This document shows positions 23,192 through 35,399 of a stretch of 64,000 bases of DNA, piece by piece. The translations under genes and the position numbers were made by a program. Origin of the DNA: Antedon mediterranea. Lineage: Eukaryota > Animalia > Echinodermata. The notes under the pieces are model-generated. The model saw only the letters and a list, made by a program, of their open reading frames with translations. It was not told where the DNA came from and ran no database searches. Where the stretch lies: positions 17,281,432-17,345,431 of the forward strand of contig NC_092679.1 of NCBI RefSeq assembly GCF_964355755.1, read 5' to 3'. The number at the start of each line of letters is the position of its first letter. Within the stretch, counting starts at the first letter, position 1.

Positions 23192-24883
23192 ATGACAACT
23201 GGACAAAGTAAGGAAAGCACAGAAGAAGAAGCACCAAAGAACGTGTTTAGAAAAGACAGACAGCGATCGAGTAACATTCTTCGTCACTTTGGTGCAACTT
23301 CTATCGATTTAGGCGATGAGCAGTCTTATGAAACGGTAAAACAATTGCCGTCTTCGTACAACCACGCTTTTGAATGGATGCAATCTCATGATTCGGATAT
23401 TATAAAAGCGTTACAGTTACTTCACATTTACCCGAAATTGATACGATCAGATATTGCAAACTCACTCTCGAAACTCATCAAGCCCCTTCTAAACCAAACT
23501 CAGCCGTTTGAGATCGAAGAGGAGGTTGCACCACCAATAGCCCTCCGTAAAGTTGTGTATGTTTGTGGACGTTCAGAATATGTTGGTGAGGGTGTTACTG
23601 CCAAGGACAGAATCATAGCCTCACTTTCTTGTTACTGCCGGGTACAAACCCACCCGGATCCACCACCACAAGAGGAGAACGTTCAAGACGCATTGGAAGA
23701 GATAAAATCTTCGGAAGTTTTCATATTATTACTGAACGACGATACGTTAAACTGTTGGTTTTCTTTATATCGACTAGCTGGAGCAGTGACTCACAACATA
23801 CCTATCATTACAATTAGGGATTCAAGTTTTGAACTGTCGGATTCTTTACCAGAGTCTTTTTACCAAACAGAAATTCTTACAGATCACAATTTGAGCTTAG
23901 GTCTTAACGTAAGGAATGAATCACGAGAATATAGACTAACGTCATCGAGATCTAGCGGTTTCCATTCGGCTTGTAGCCAAACTAAATATTCAGAATCGGG
24001 TGAGCCAAATCATTCGGAATGTTGTCTGCTAGCTGATATTATTAAAACATGCTATTTATCTTCGATGAAGTACGTCTCCAAGTTCCACGATTCTTGTGTT
24101 GCCAAACTGTTTGGTAAGCTTTCGGACTATCTCGGAGAATCGTTCTTAGATCTTGAAATTAGTAATCATTTCGGACGATACTCACCGGACGCCGAGATCG
24201 AAAACGGAAAAGCATCATCAGTGTACTTTTCAAAATCTGCAATCTTACGAAAAAGGAATAATCTACATTTTAAACGTCGAGCCGGCAATGCAACAATGAT
24301 TTCAAATTTAACGACGCCATTTTTAGATAAAACACCTTCAACCGACGGTGAAGAAAAGGCGGTGTCGCATGAGAGACAATTCGAAGACAACACATGCAAT
24401 GACTGTGATTCGCCATTTGTGCATAAAACTAACTACATGGTTTTCCCTAGCAGGTCTCCATCAAGTGCCAGAAAGTCACCATATGTAGTATCATTTCCTG
24501 ACGAAATTGATAAATTAGAAAAGGAAGACAATGATAATGTTGTATCTCCGTACGGTGATTTTGACAACGTTCCGTTAGATGTGACTGCACCTCTTAAGGA
24601 TTCACCACCGTCATCACCTGCCTCCTCGCCACCAGGCCAATTGACTAACAATAAAGATGAGACGAACAAAGACACTAACGCCACTCGTGAAACCAAGATT
24701 CACAAAAAAGAGTCCAAAAATATCACCGTTGTAAAGGAAAATTCTGTCATACAATCGGCTACTAAAAAGACGATTGGCAGAAGAACCGCTAAGTTGCCGA
24801 AAATAAATTTAGAAGTGCATGATGTCCGTGTTATGAGAAAACATATTAAAACAAGAAAACTCGGGAAATCGGTCAGCTTATAA
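23192..24883 (+). CDS. Intronless 563-aa protein with a predicted TIR-like (SARM1/TIR_2-type) domain and a Ser/Pro-rich, probably disordered tail
   Basis: Long stop-free ORF with an upstream in-frame stop; aa ~120-215 read VVYVCG...ALEEIKSSEVFILLLNDDTLNCWFSLYRLAGAVTHNIPIITI (TIR betaC-alphaC-betaD pattern); later KYVSKFHDSCVAKL resembles the SARM1 betaE-alphaE segment. The domain call is inference. Confidence 0.7.
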   Translation: MTTGQSKESTEEEAPKNVFRKDRQRSSNILRHFGATSIDLGDEQSYETVKQLPSSYNHAFEWMQSHDSDIIKALQLLHIYPKLIRSDIANSLSKLIKPLLNQTQPFEIEEEVAPPIALRKVVYVCGRSEYVGEGVTAKDRIIASLSCYCRVQTHPDPPPQEENVQDALEEIKSSEVFILLLNDDTLNCWFSLYRLAGAVTHNIPIITIRDSSFELSDSLPESFYQTEILTDHNLSLGLNVRNESREYRLTSSRSSGFHSACSQTKYSESGEPNHSECCLLADIIKTCYLSSMKYVSKFHDSCVAKLFGKLSDYLGESFLDLEISNHFGRYSPDAEIENGKASSVYFSKSAILRKRNNLHFKRRAGNATMISNLTTPFLDKTPSTDGEEKAVSHERQFEDNTCNDCDSPFVHKTNYMVFPSRSPSSARKSPYVVSFPDEIDKLEKEDNDNVVSPYGDFDNVPLDVTAPLKDSPPSSPASSPPGQLTNNKDETNKDTNATRETKIHKKESKNITVVKENSVIQSATKKTIGRRTAKLPKINLEVHDVRVMRKHIKTRKLGKSVSL

Positions 24884-24990
24884 TGAAGAACCGCTAAGTT
24901 GCCAAAAATACATTTAGAAGTGCATGATGTTCGTGTTATGAGAAAACATATTAAAACCAAAAAAACTCGGGAAATCGGTCATCTTATGAT
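24780..24990 (+). repeat. 105-bp tandem duplication of the last 35 codons and stop of the TIR-like ORF
   Basis: Copy 1 starts at 24780, copy 2 at 24885; few substitutions and one extra A. Confidence 0.92.
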
Positions 24991-26119
24991 GATGATGTAG
25001 TTCGCAAAGCAAGATATAGGCTACATTATATGAAATCAAATTATCATAGTGACACTTGAAACTTATTGTGTGTGGTATATATTACATAGGCTAATTTGCC
25101 AGGCTGATCCAAATGGCACTCTAAATTTGGAAATTACAATGCAAAAGATAGGTTAGGTTTTCGTGTGGTACGCGAGACCATGCAGCTAAAATAGTTTATT
25201 AGAGCATCTTAAATGTTTTTCAATGTTTTAACTTAAGCGAAAATGGTGGTATACAATCCAGTACTAGACATTAGTTTTAAATACACACACATATTTAAAA
25301 ATGCATTTTATTAGCATTATTGATCAACCAAGATGACGTATTTGAATTAAATTATGATAAAATTAAGTTAAATCAATTTTAATTTTTGATAATAATAGAA
25401 ATATTATTTTTCAAATAATTTTCATAAAACCAGTGTATTTTCATTAGCATGATGATGGCCTAGTATTGTATACATTGTTTATACATTGTTTGTAGATATA
25501 AATTTAAGACATAGATATCGTGTATTAAAAGTAGCTCTACCTAATACAACCTTAGATGACTTGCAATAGCCTGTCAGATATAGTCTAGAGACAGCTACAT
25601 ATTCGGGTGAATTATAATTAACCTTTTACTTGTTAAACTACAAATATCTTATTTTATTAATCATTAATTGTAAAATTTATATTGTTATTACATAATAGTT
25701 TTTAAATATTAACTGCATATAGCAGAACTTACATTTCGTATACTGATTCATAAGTAGCCAATTAGAATATGAATAACAATGATAATAATACAATTCGGTT
25801 TATAAATTATAGACGATTTTTTAAAGCTTATATATTCGGTTGCCAAGGTTACAGAACATAAACATAAATTTTATAAATAAAAATTAATATAAATGGCTAA
25901 AGGCAATTAGAATTAAAAAAATATCGGAAATTATAAAATATTATTTGTCTTTTTATGCGAGTCACGTGCATAGGCAGGAGATATGAAATACAGCTTCGAT
26001 ATGATAACTATATTAATATAATAATGGTAACAAAATGAAACGAACAAACGAACCATACCATATATTATTTCTGCAGAAAGAATACAACAAATTATTAAAA
26101 ACACTGCAGATGCTTTGGA

Positions 26120-26707
26120 CTGTGATGATATTATGACGATGATGCTATGATAATGATGCCATGATGATGATGATGGTGGTGATGATGATGACGATGATGA
26201 CGATGCCATGATGCCATGATGATGATGGTGATGCCATATGATGATTATGATGATAATGCTATGATGATGACGATGATGCTATGATGATGATGATGCCATG
26301 GTGATAATAATGCCATCATGAAGATGATAATGATGATGCCATGATGATGATGATGTCATATGATGCTGCTGATGATGATGCCATGACGGATGACATGATG
26401 ATGCCATTATGATAATGATGATGCCATGACTGATGGCATGATGATGATGATGCCATGACGGATTATATGATGATGATGATGATGCCATGACGGATGACAT
26501 GATGATGATGATGCCATATGATGATGATGATGATGCCATGACGGATGACATGATGATGATGATGTTATGACGGATGACATGATGATGATGATGCCATGAC
26601 ATGATGATGATGCCATATGATGATGATGATGCCATGACGGATGACATGATGATGATAATGCCATACGATGATGATGCCATGACGGATGACATGATGATGA
26701 TGATGCC

Positions 26708-26740
<33 letters not shown>

Positions 26741-26815
26741 CCATGACGGATAACATGATGATGATGTCATATGATGATGATGCCATGACGGATGACATGA
26801 TGATGATGATGCCAC
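26120..26815. repeat. Compound (GAT)n microsatellite with a higher-order GATGCCATGACGGATGACAT unit
   Basis: Direct inspection; source of the His/Ser/Ile-rich minus-strand ORFs. Confidence 0.95.
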
Positions 26816-28614
26816 AGTGGTAAAGCTGCTAGGGAAGGACCAGGATATAACGAAGAAGGAAGTGGTGAAGGAGGAAGCCGAATATGGAAGAGAGAACAAC
26901 TGAGGAGAACATGTCCAGTGATATTGATGGGGAAAAGAGGACGAGTGAGAGCTGAGCTTTTTAAAATTATTGTTAATCTCAATTTATTTATTAGGCATAT
27001 TTCCACGGAAAACCATAATAAATATGATTTCATTCAATGTTCTTAATCAAAGTTCAATCTTTTACATGTAGACAAACAGGCCTCTACAAGATGTTCTATA
27101 AAAAGAAAAGTCTAATTATTACAAGTCTTTGTAAATGAGTTTTTAGACGAACGATATTAAACAGAGGAAATGATATGTCTAATAATTACAATATAACCAT
27201 ATTTCTTTTATATCATTATCTAAGATATAGCATTTCCCTCGTGCAAATAATCGCTCGGCGTGTAAATATTTCAATAGTTTAAGTTAATCGTGGACACGCA
27301 TTGTTAAAAGAACACGACGATGAATGCCCATGACGCATACAATGTATGCACTAACATACTAAATTATCAAGCATTTTTCGAAATGATACCTATCACCATG
27401 GTAACATGTCCATTATACTATTAACGGGCATTATTATTTTTCTGTGATCGATATACCGCAATCTACAGCAATATGCATGTGCGTGTATTACAAAGCTCTT
27501 CTCGCCACCGTGCCTACGAATTTAATCCAACATTCTTCTAATGGATCGATGTAATTTCAGTCATTATAATTATTGTCGATAAGCATCTTTTCCTTCTTTT
27601 TTTTTTATCATCAATCATTTTTTAATAGATGACATTAATAATAATTCGTCATGATCATATTTCTTCGTTCTCGTGACCATCTTCATGATCATTTACATCT
27701 ATCTCTCACATCCAACACAACAACAAAAGCAACAACAACAAAATACAGTTTGATCATCATCTTGACTTGCATAGTACGTTTGTTTTATTTGTTTACCACA
27801 CACACTGTGGCCTATGATTAATAAATAAATGATAAAGATAGGGCCTCAGTGTGTGGTAGGTCATCAAAATTAAAGTTGAAAACCGTAATTTTTTAAGTTA
27901 TGGACAGTTCGCGCGAAAAATTCATGGCCACCATTAAAAAGGGAAACCCGCGTGTAAGATTTGTAGGACTAAGGCCTATTATAAGTTATATTTACTGAAA
28001 CCACGGTGAAACAGAGAATGTTCAACAAATATATTTTTAAAAAGCCGATGTGATATTATTAGTTTATAGTAAAATATAACACAGACGCAGAAAAAAGCGC
28101 AGATACCAATAATTAATTGTTTTAATCATTTTTTAAAATATCCAGCAACAACATCATTCATTATCATTCCATTTCTTTTCCTTCCGATTCTATCCTCGCT
28201 ACTTATTACGAGCTATATATCCAATACCAAATTGGCGAGTAAATCATGTTTTACTTTAAATTAAATGTATACGCTCTTCCACAAGGTCAATTGTTAGTTA
28301 TACATACAGACTATATTAAAACAATGATTTTGAACACGTAGGGCATTTCTTTGAATTCTTTCCTATTGTCGTTTTGTGGTAATTTACAGCTTTTTATATA
28401 TTTAACAAACGTACATAATCAATTGCGTCTGCATCATGCTAGACTACAACTTCCGGTAGTGACGTAATCAGCATATTTTTGGTAATAAAACTTTTTCACT
28501 AAGCTAGGGAATCTTCTAATATCAATATTCATTAGACCGTACTTTAGTTAGCCAATCAAAATAAACGTATAAACAATTTTGCGGCGATGTTACATGTTGT
28601 TGAGGTAAAATATA

Positions 28615-31600
28615 CTGTGTTTTACAATAACCAATTTGGTTAGAGTAAAACACAATGATAAAGAATAGGAAACATTTAATAATATGATAAATGACATTTA
28701 CATAGCAATTTATCACTGTGTTTTACTATAACCAATTTGGTTAGAGTAAAACACAATGATAAAGAATAGGAAACGTTTAATAATATGATAAATGTCATTA
28801 CATAGCAATTTATCACTGTGTTTTACTATAACCAATTTGGTTAGAGTAAAACACAATGATATAGAATAGGAAACATTTAATAATATGATAAATGACATTC
28901 ACATAGCAATTTAGCACTGTGTTTTACTATAAACAATTTGGTTAAAGTAAAGCAGAATGATAAAGAATAGGAATTTAATAATATGATATATGACATTTAC
29001 ATAGCAATTTAGCACTGTGTTTTACTATAACCAATTTGGTTAGAGTAAAACACAATGATAAAGAATAGGAAACATTTAATAATATGATATATGACATTCA
29101 CATAGCAATTTAGCACTGTGTTTTACTATAACCAATTTGGTTAGAGTAAAACACAATGATATAGAATATGGAAACATTTAATAATTTGATAAATGACATT
29201 TACATAGCAATTTAGCACTGTGTTTTACTATAACCAATTTGGTTAAAGTAAAACACAATGATAAAGAATAGGAAACATTTAATAATATGATAAATGACAT
29301 TTACATAGCAATTTAGCACTGTGTTTTACTATAACCAATTTGGTTAAAGTAAAGCAGAATGTTAAAGAATAGGAATTTAATAATATGATATATGACATTT
29401 ACATAGCAATTTAGCACTGTGTTTTACTATAACCAATTTGGTTAGAGTAAAACACAATGATAAAGAATAGGAAACATTTAATAATAATGATTATTTACAT
29501 AGCAATTTAGCACTGTGTTTTACTATAACCAATTTGGTTATAGTAAAACACAATGATATAGAATAGGAAACATTTAATAATATGATAAATGACATTTACA
29601 TAGCAATTTATCACTGTGTTTTACTATAACCAATTTGGTTATGGTAAAGCACAATGATATAGAATAGGAAACATTTAATAATATGATAAATGACATTTAC
29701 ATAGCAATTTATCACTGTGTTTTACTATAACCAATTTGGTTATGGTAAAGCACAATGATATAGAATAGGAAACATTTAATAATATGATAAATGACATTTA
29801 CATAGCAATTTAGCACTGTGTTTTACTATAACCAATTTGGTTAGAGTAAAACACAATGATAAAGAATAGGAAACATTTAATAATATGATAAATGACATTT
29901 ACATAGCAATTTATCACTGTGTTTTACTATAACCAATTTGGTTATGGTAAAGCACAATGATATAGAATAGGAAACATTTAATAATATGATAAATGACATT
30001 TACATAGCAATTTAGCACTGTGTTTTACTATAACCAATTTGGTTAGAGTAAAACACAATGATAAAGAATAGGAAACATTTAATAATATGATAAATGACAT
30101 TTACATAGCAATTTATCACTGTGTTTTACTATAACCAATTTGGTTAAAGTAAAACATAATGATAAAGAATAGGAAACATTTAATAATTTGATAAATGACA
30201 TTTACATAGCAATTTAGCACTGTGTTTTACTATAACCAATTTGGTTATGGTAAAGCACAATGATATAGAATAGGAAACATTTAATAATATGATAAATGAC
30301 TTACATAGCAATTTAGCACTGTGTTTTACTATAACCAATTTGGTTATGGTAAAGCACAATGATATAGAATAGGAAACATTTAATAATATGATAAATGACT
30401 TACATAGCAATTTAGCACTGTGTTTTACTATAAACAATTTGGTTAAAGTAAAACACAATGATAAAGAATATGAAACATTTAATAATTTGATAAATGACAT
30501 TCACATAGCAATTTAGCACTGTGTTTTACTATAACCAATTTGGTTATGGTAAAGCACAATGATATAGAATAGGAAACATTTAATAATATGATAAATGACT
30601 TACATAGCAATTTAGCACTGTGTTTTACTATAAACAATTTGGTTAGAGTAAAACACAATGATAAAAAATAGGAAACATTTAATAATAATGATTATTTACA
30701 TAGCAATTTAGCACTGTGTTTTACTATAACCAATTTGGTTATAGTAAAACACAATGATATAGAATAGGAAACATTTAATAATATGATAAATGACATTTAC
30801 ATAGCAATTTATCACTGTGTTTTACTATAACCAATTTGGTTATGGTAAAGCACAATGATATAGAATAGGAAACATTTAATAATATGATAAATGACATTTA
30901 CATAGCAATTTATCACTGTGTTTTACTATAACCAATTTGGTTATGGTAAAGCACAATGATATAGAATAGGAAACATTTAATAATATGATAAATGACATTT
31001 ACATAGCAATTTAGCACTGTGTTTTACTATAACCAATTTGGTTAGAGTAAAACACAATGATAAAGAATAGGAAACATTTAATAATATGATAAATGACATT
31101 TACATAGCTATTTATCACTGTGTTTTACTATAACCAATTTGGTTAAAGTAAAACATAATGATAAAGAATAGGAAACATTTAATAATTTGATAAATGACAT
31201 TTACATAGCAATTTAGCACTGTGTTTTACTATAACCAATTTGGTTATGGTAAAGCACAATGATATAGAATAGGAAACATTTAATAATACTAGAGGGTGAG
31301 CTCGCTTCGCTCGCTCCCCCTCTAGGAAGTGTAGACGATGGTTTTCGGAATGATAATGTTCTCCTTATACATTTTCTGTCGGTTACCATTATTGAAAATG
31401 CTTGACATTCGTAAAACTAAACTACTTTGTTTCAGAATCACAGTGTTTTAGATGATTAATAACATTTTAAAGTATAGTTTTTATTGTTTGGTAGGGCCCT
31501 TTGGGGAGGCGGAGGTCATTTGAGGGAGGTGCTTATTCGAGGGATATATGTTAAATTTTTTAGTTCTAATAATATGGTAACATTTATAATCAAATGAAAT

Positions 31601-32968
31601 CCTCTCATAGATATGAAAAGTGGTAAAAAAGAATAACAAATGCTTGGTAAATTGCAGATAACAGTGCGGTGAATTCTACTACAAATAGTATAATTGTGTT
31701 ATTATAAATATGTGGATGGACGTTTATTAGATAGTTGAGTTGGGGAGGGGGGGGGGGTGATGTTTTATTGGAGAGGCGTTTATTCAAATGAATACCATCC
31801 TAATAATTATTAATACATTATTTAATTTAATCATCTTTTGAAACTAACTGCCGTGACAGAGTGGGCCCAAGAAAGAAGACATTACGGCTTGCAACATGGG
31901 CAGACATCTCGGTCCTAACGGGACACAGGAAGATAGCCTACAGTTATTCCTGCAAGCTTACTCAATAAAACTCAGCTATCGGGATTTCACTCGAAAAATG
32001 TCTTATCAAATCTCCCTATGTAATTTTATAATACTATTCCCCACAATATATTCTGATTCTTTATGGCGTATATTTAATTTGATCTTTATTACTTTGCAGT
32101 ATAATTCCTATTATTTAACTACTGTACCTTCACACACGTGTGGTATGTTTTAAAATAAACAAAAAACTGAAATGGCTATGATTAATGGCCAATTTTTTTT
32201 TCGTCTTCCAAAGGGACACTGTATTGATTGATGGAAAGTGCCTGTTTCCAGTCACCTTTAGGGTCAAATCTATTATTTTAACTGCTCCCTGGTGTATAAA
32301 AGAGAGAAAATATTTGAAACTAAGGTGAACTTATCTTAAACCCGGAAATTACTTTGACCGGGAAGAATTGAAATTGAGAGGAAAATCCAATGTTGAAATC
32401 ATAAATGTTGTTAAAAAACTCTTTATAATATCTTCCTAAGATATAAATATGGAACAATAGCGTCGGCGTGCACACTAATGTTATCAAATCTACGTTTCGC
32501 GGTACATCTCGGATAGATAAGGTAGGTATCCAAGGCGGAGATTTGTACCGAAGTTTTTGCATTGTGCTCGCCTATGTCAGAATTAACCATAATTTATATA
32601 TAGATGATAAATGACTTACATAGCAATTTAGCACTGTGTTTTACTATAACCAATTTGGTTATGGTAAAGCACAATGATATAGAATAGGAAACATTTAATA
32701 ATATGATAAATGACTTACATAGCAATTTAGCTCTGTGTTTTACTATAAACAATTTGGTTAAAGTAAAACACAATGATAAAGAATATGAAACATTTAATAA
32801 TTTGATAAATGACATTCATATAGCAATTTAGCACTGTGTTTTACTATAACCAATTTGGTTATGGTAAAGCACAATGATATAGAATAGGAAACATTTAATA
32901 ATATGATAAATGACATTTACATAGCAATTTAGCACTGTGTTTTACTATAACCAATTCGGTTATGGTAT
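28615..32968 (+). repeat. ~101-bp satellite array, left arm (~30 units), interrupted by a Helitron-like element at 31289-32604
   Basis: Unit ATAGCAATTTAGCACTGTGTTTTACTATAACCAATTTGGTTAGAGTAAAACACAATGATAAAGAATAGGAAACATTTAATAATATGATAAATGACATTTAC; period 101 bp (29701 to 29802). Confidence 0.97.
31289..32604 (-). mobile_element. Non-autonomous Helitron-like element
   Basis: Minus strand starts TCTATATAT and ends in hairpin + CTAG; inserted between A and T of a satellite unit, which is restored exactly when the element is removed (no TSD). Confidence 0.88.
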
Positions 32969-33514
32969 GACGAGACGAATCGATATTCGACGCTTCGTGT
33001 GACGAATAATCGCCAAATTATAATTAATATAATTAATTAATGAAATAAGATACGCACTTGATGTTTGCATCAATTGTTCTTTAGAATAAATACTTTCGAA
33101 ATACAAAACAAAAAATGTGTGGTGAGTGACGATATGTTCAATCATGGACCTATAAATTACTAATTTATAGGTCCATGATTCAATATCTGTAGCTTCAATT
33201 CAAACATAATGTAACAGAAAATTCGAAGCGTAAAAAACGTTCGTTTACACAACACTTTTTTTTATACTTTATTATTGATTATTATATTATACAGGAATAC
33301 TATTTATTTCCTCATTTCTACCCAAGAATAAACAATTTTTGGATACAAAACTTTATGCATGTGAATTACATTACCAAAATATTAAAATGAGGATAAAAAA
33401 ACATCGCGTAAAATACTCGTATTCAAAAGCTTCTGAAATTTGTAGATATATGTCATGAAAAAGAAATTTGACATTCCCAATAATTTTTTTTGGCAAAAAT
33501 GTAATATATGAAAC

Positions 33515-35320
33515 ATACAATTTACATAGTTTATCATTGTTTTTTATTAGAACCAATATGGTTACACAGTTAAACATAGTGATAAAGAATAGATACTTGT
33601 TAGGTTACTACCCTACCCTCTAGTTTGAAGCGACATTATAAATTCATCGAGAAAAAAAACGTATCGTATTCAGAAACGTTTGACATTTTGTATAGATATG
33701 TTCAATAAGACGAAACAAATTATAAATTTCAAGACAAATCGATGACTTCCATTATTTGCATTTCTAAAAATTCACACTTATGAAAGACCATACATTTTCA
33801 ACATATTCGTTTTTTCTGTGTACCGAGTTTAGAAACTTTTTGAATACCAGACGTATTTTTTTGTGATGCTTTTTCATTTGAATTGTAGTATAAAATGTCA
33901 TTGAAACGAGATAAAAATCATACAAGACATGTTATAATAGGTTGCTCTATATACATAACAAAATTAGTTCTTTTTTTTTGGTAAGAATCGCCAATGAAGT
34001 AGAAAGTTATTTCAGATGTAGTGTGCATTTATACGTCATTAATAGTAGGCCTAAAATATAATATTAAATATTATAAAGAATATCAAACATTTTATGTTAT
34101 GAAAAATAAAATTTACATATAAGTTTATCATTGTGTTTAAACACAGTGAGTGATAAAGAATAGAACTGTTTTAGTTTATTTAACCCTAACCCTAGTTTGA
34201 AGCGATCACATATTTAATATTCATCGCTAAAAATACGTATCGTCTTGAAAAACGTTTGATATTTGGTAGATATGTTCAATATAGGTTCTTACATCTATAA
34301 TGCAAAAGAAATATCCTAATAGTTTTATTTTGATTTCTGGGAATCATCAATGAAGTAAAAATGTGTTGGAAATGTATTGTCTTTCATAAGTGTAAATGTT
34401 TAGAAATGCAAATTATTAAAATCACGAATTTGTCTTGAAACTTTTATTTTTTGTTTGTTTTATAGACGTAAGAACCTATTGAACATATTTACCAAATTTC
34501 AAATGTTTCTGAATACGATACGTTTTTTTTCGCGATGAATTAAGTATGTGATCGCTTCAAACTAGGGTTAAAGTTATAAAACCTAAAACAGTGTCTATTC
34601 TTTATCACTGTGTTTAACTGTGTAACCAAATTGGTTCTGTAAAACAAGGTGATAAACTATGTAACTTGTATTTATTATTATTACATTATAATGTATCCTA
34701 TAATGTAATATGAAAAATAAAATGTACATAGTTTATCATTGTGTTGTACTAAAACCAATTTGGTTAAAAGTTAAACACAGTGTTAAAGAATGGAACTGTT
34801 AGGTTATTTAACCCTAACCCTAGTTTGAAGCGATCACATACTTAATTCATCGATAAAAATACGTATCGTCTTAAAAAACGTTTGAAATTTGGTACAGGTT
34901 CAATATAGGTTCTTACATCTATAATGTAAAAGAAATATCATAATTTGTTTTATTTTGATTTCTGGGAATCATCAATGAAGTAAAAATGTGTTGGAAAATG
35001 TATGGTATTTCATAAGTGTACATTTTTAGAAATGCAAATTATTAAAATCACGAATTTTTCGTGAAATTTATATTTTTTGTTTGTTTTATAGACGTAAGAA
35101 CCTATTAAACATATCTAACAAATTTCAAAAGTTTCTGAATACGATACGTACTTTTTCGCGATGAATTTATTATGTCGCTTCAAACTAGGGTTAGGGTTAT
35201 ATAACCTAAAACAGTATCTATTCTTTATCACTGTGTTTAACTGTGTCACCAAATTGGTTCTGTAAAACAAGATGATAAACTATGTAACTTGTATTTATTA
35301 TATTATTACATTATATGTAT
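33515..35320. repeat. Central module: two tandem ~610-bp self-complementary units plus a partial copy, with TAACCCTAACCCTAG motifs
   Basis: Units ~34095-34700 and ~34705-35320 each have inverted arms (CCCTAGTTTGAAGCGA / TCGCTTCAAACTAGGG) ending in degenerate satellite sequence. Confidence 0.85.
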
Positions 35321-35399
35321 CCTATTCTTTATCATAACGTTTAGATAATAAGATATGTTTAATATAATATTTTGCTATGTAAATAACATCATATAATAA

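Noticed and set aside
25931-27033. His/Ser-rich minus-strand ORFs as a metal-binding protein
   Set aside because: All three frames are open because of the (CAT)n repeat; no splice or homology support
27060-27760. Minus-strand gene or GINS1 paralogue downstream of the mirrored promoter
   Set aside because: The frames I translated contain frequent stops and show no GINS1 similarity
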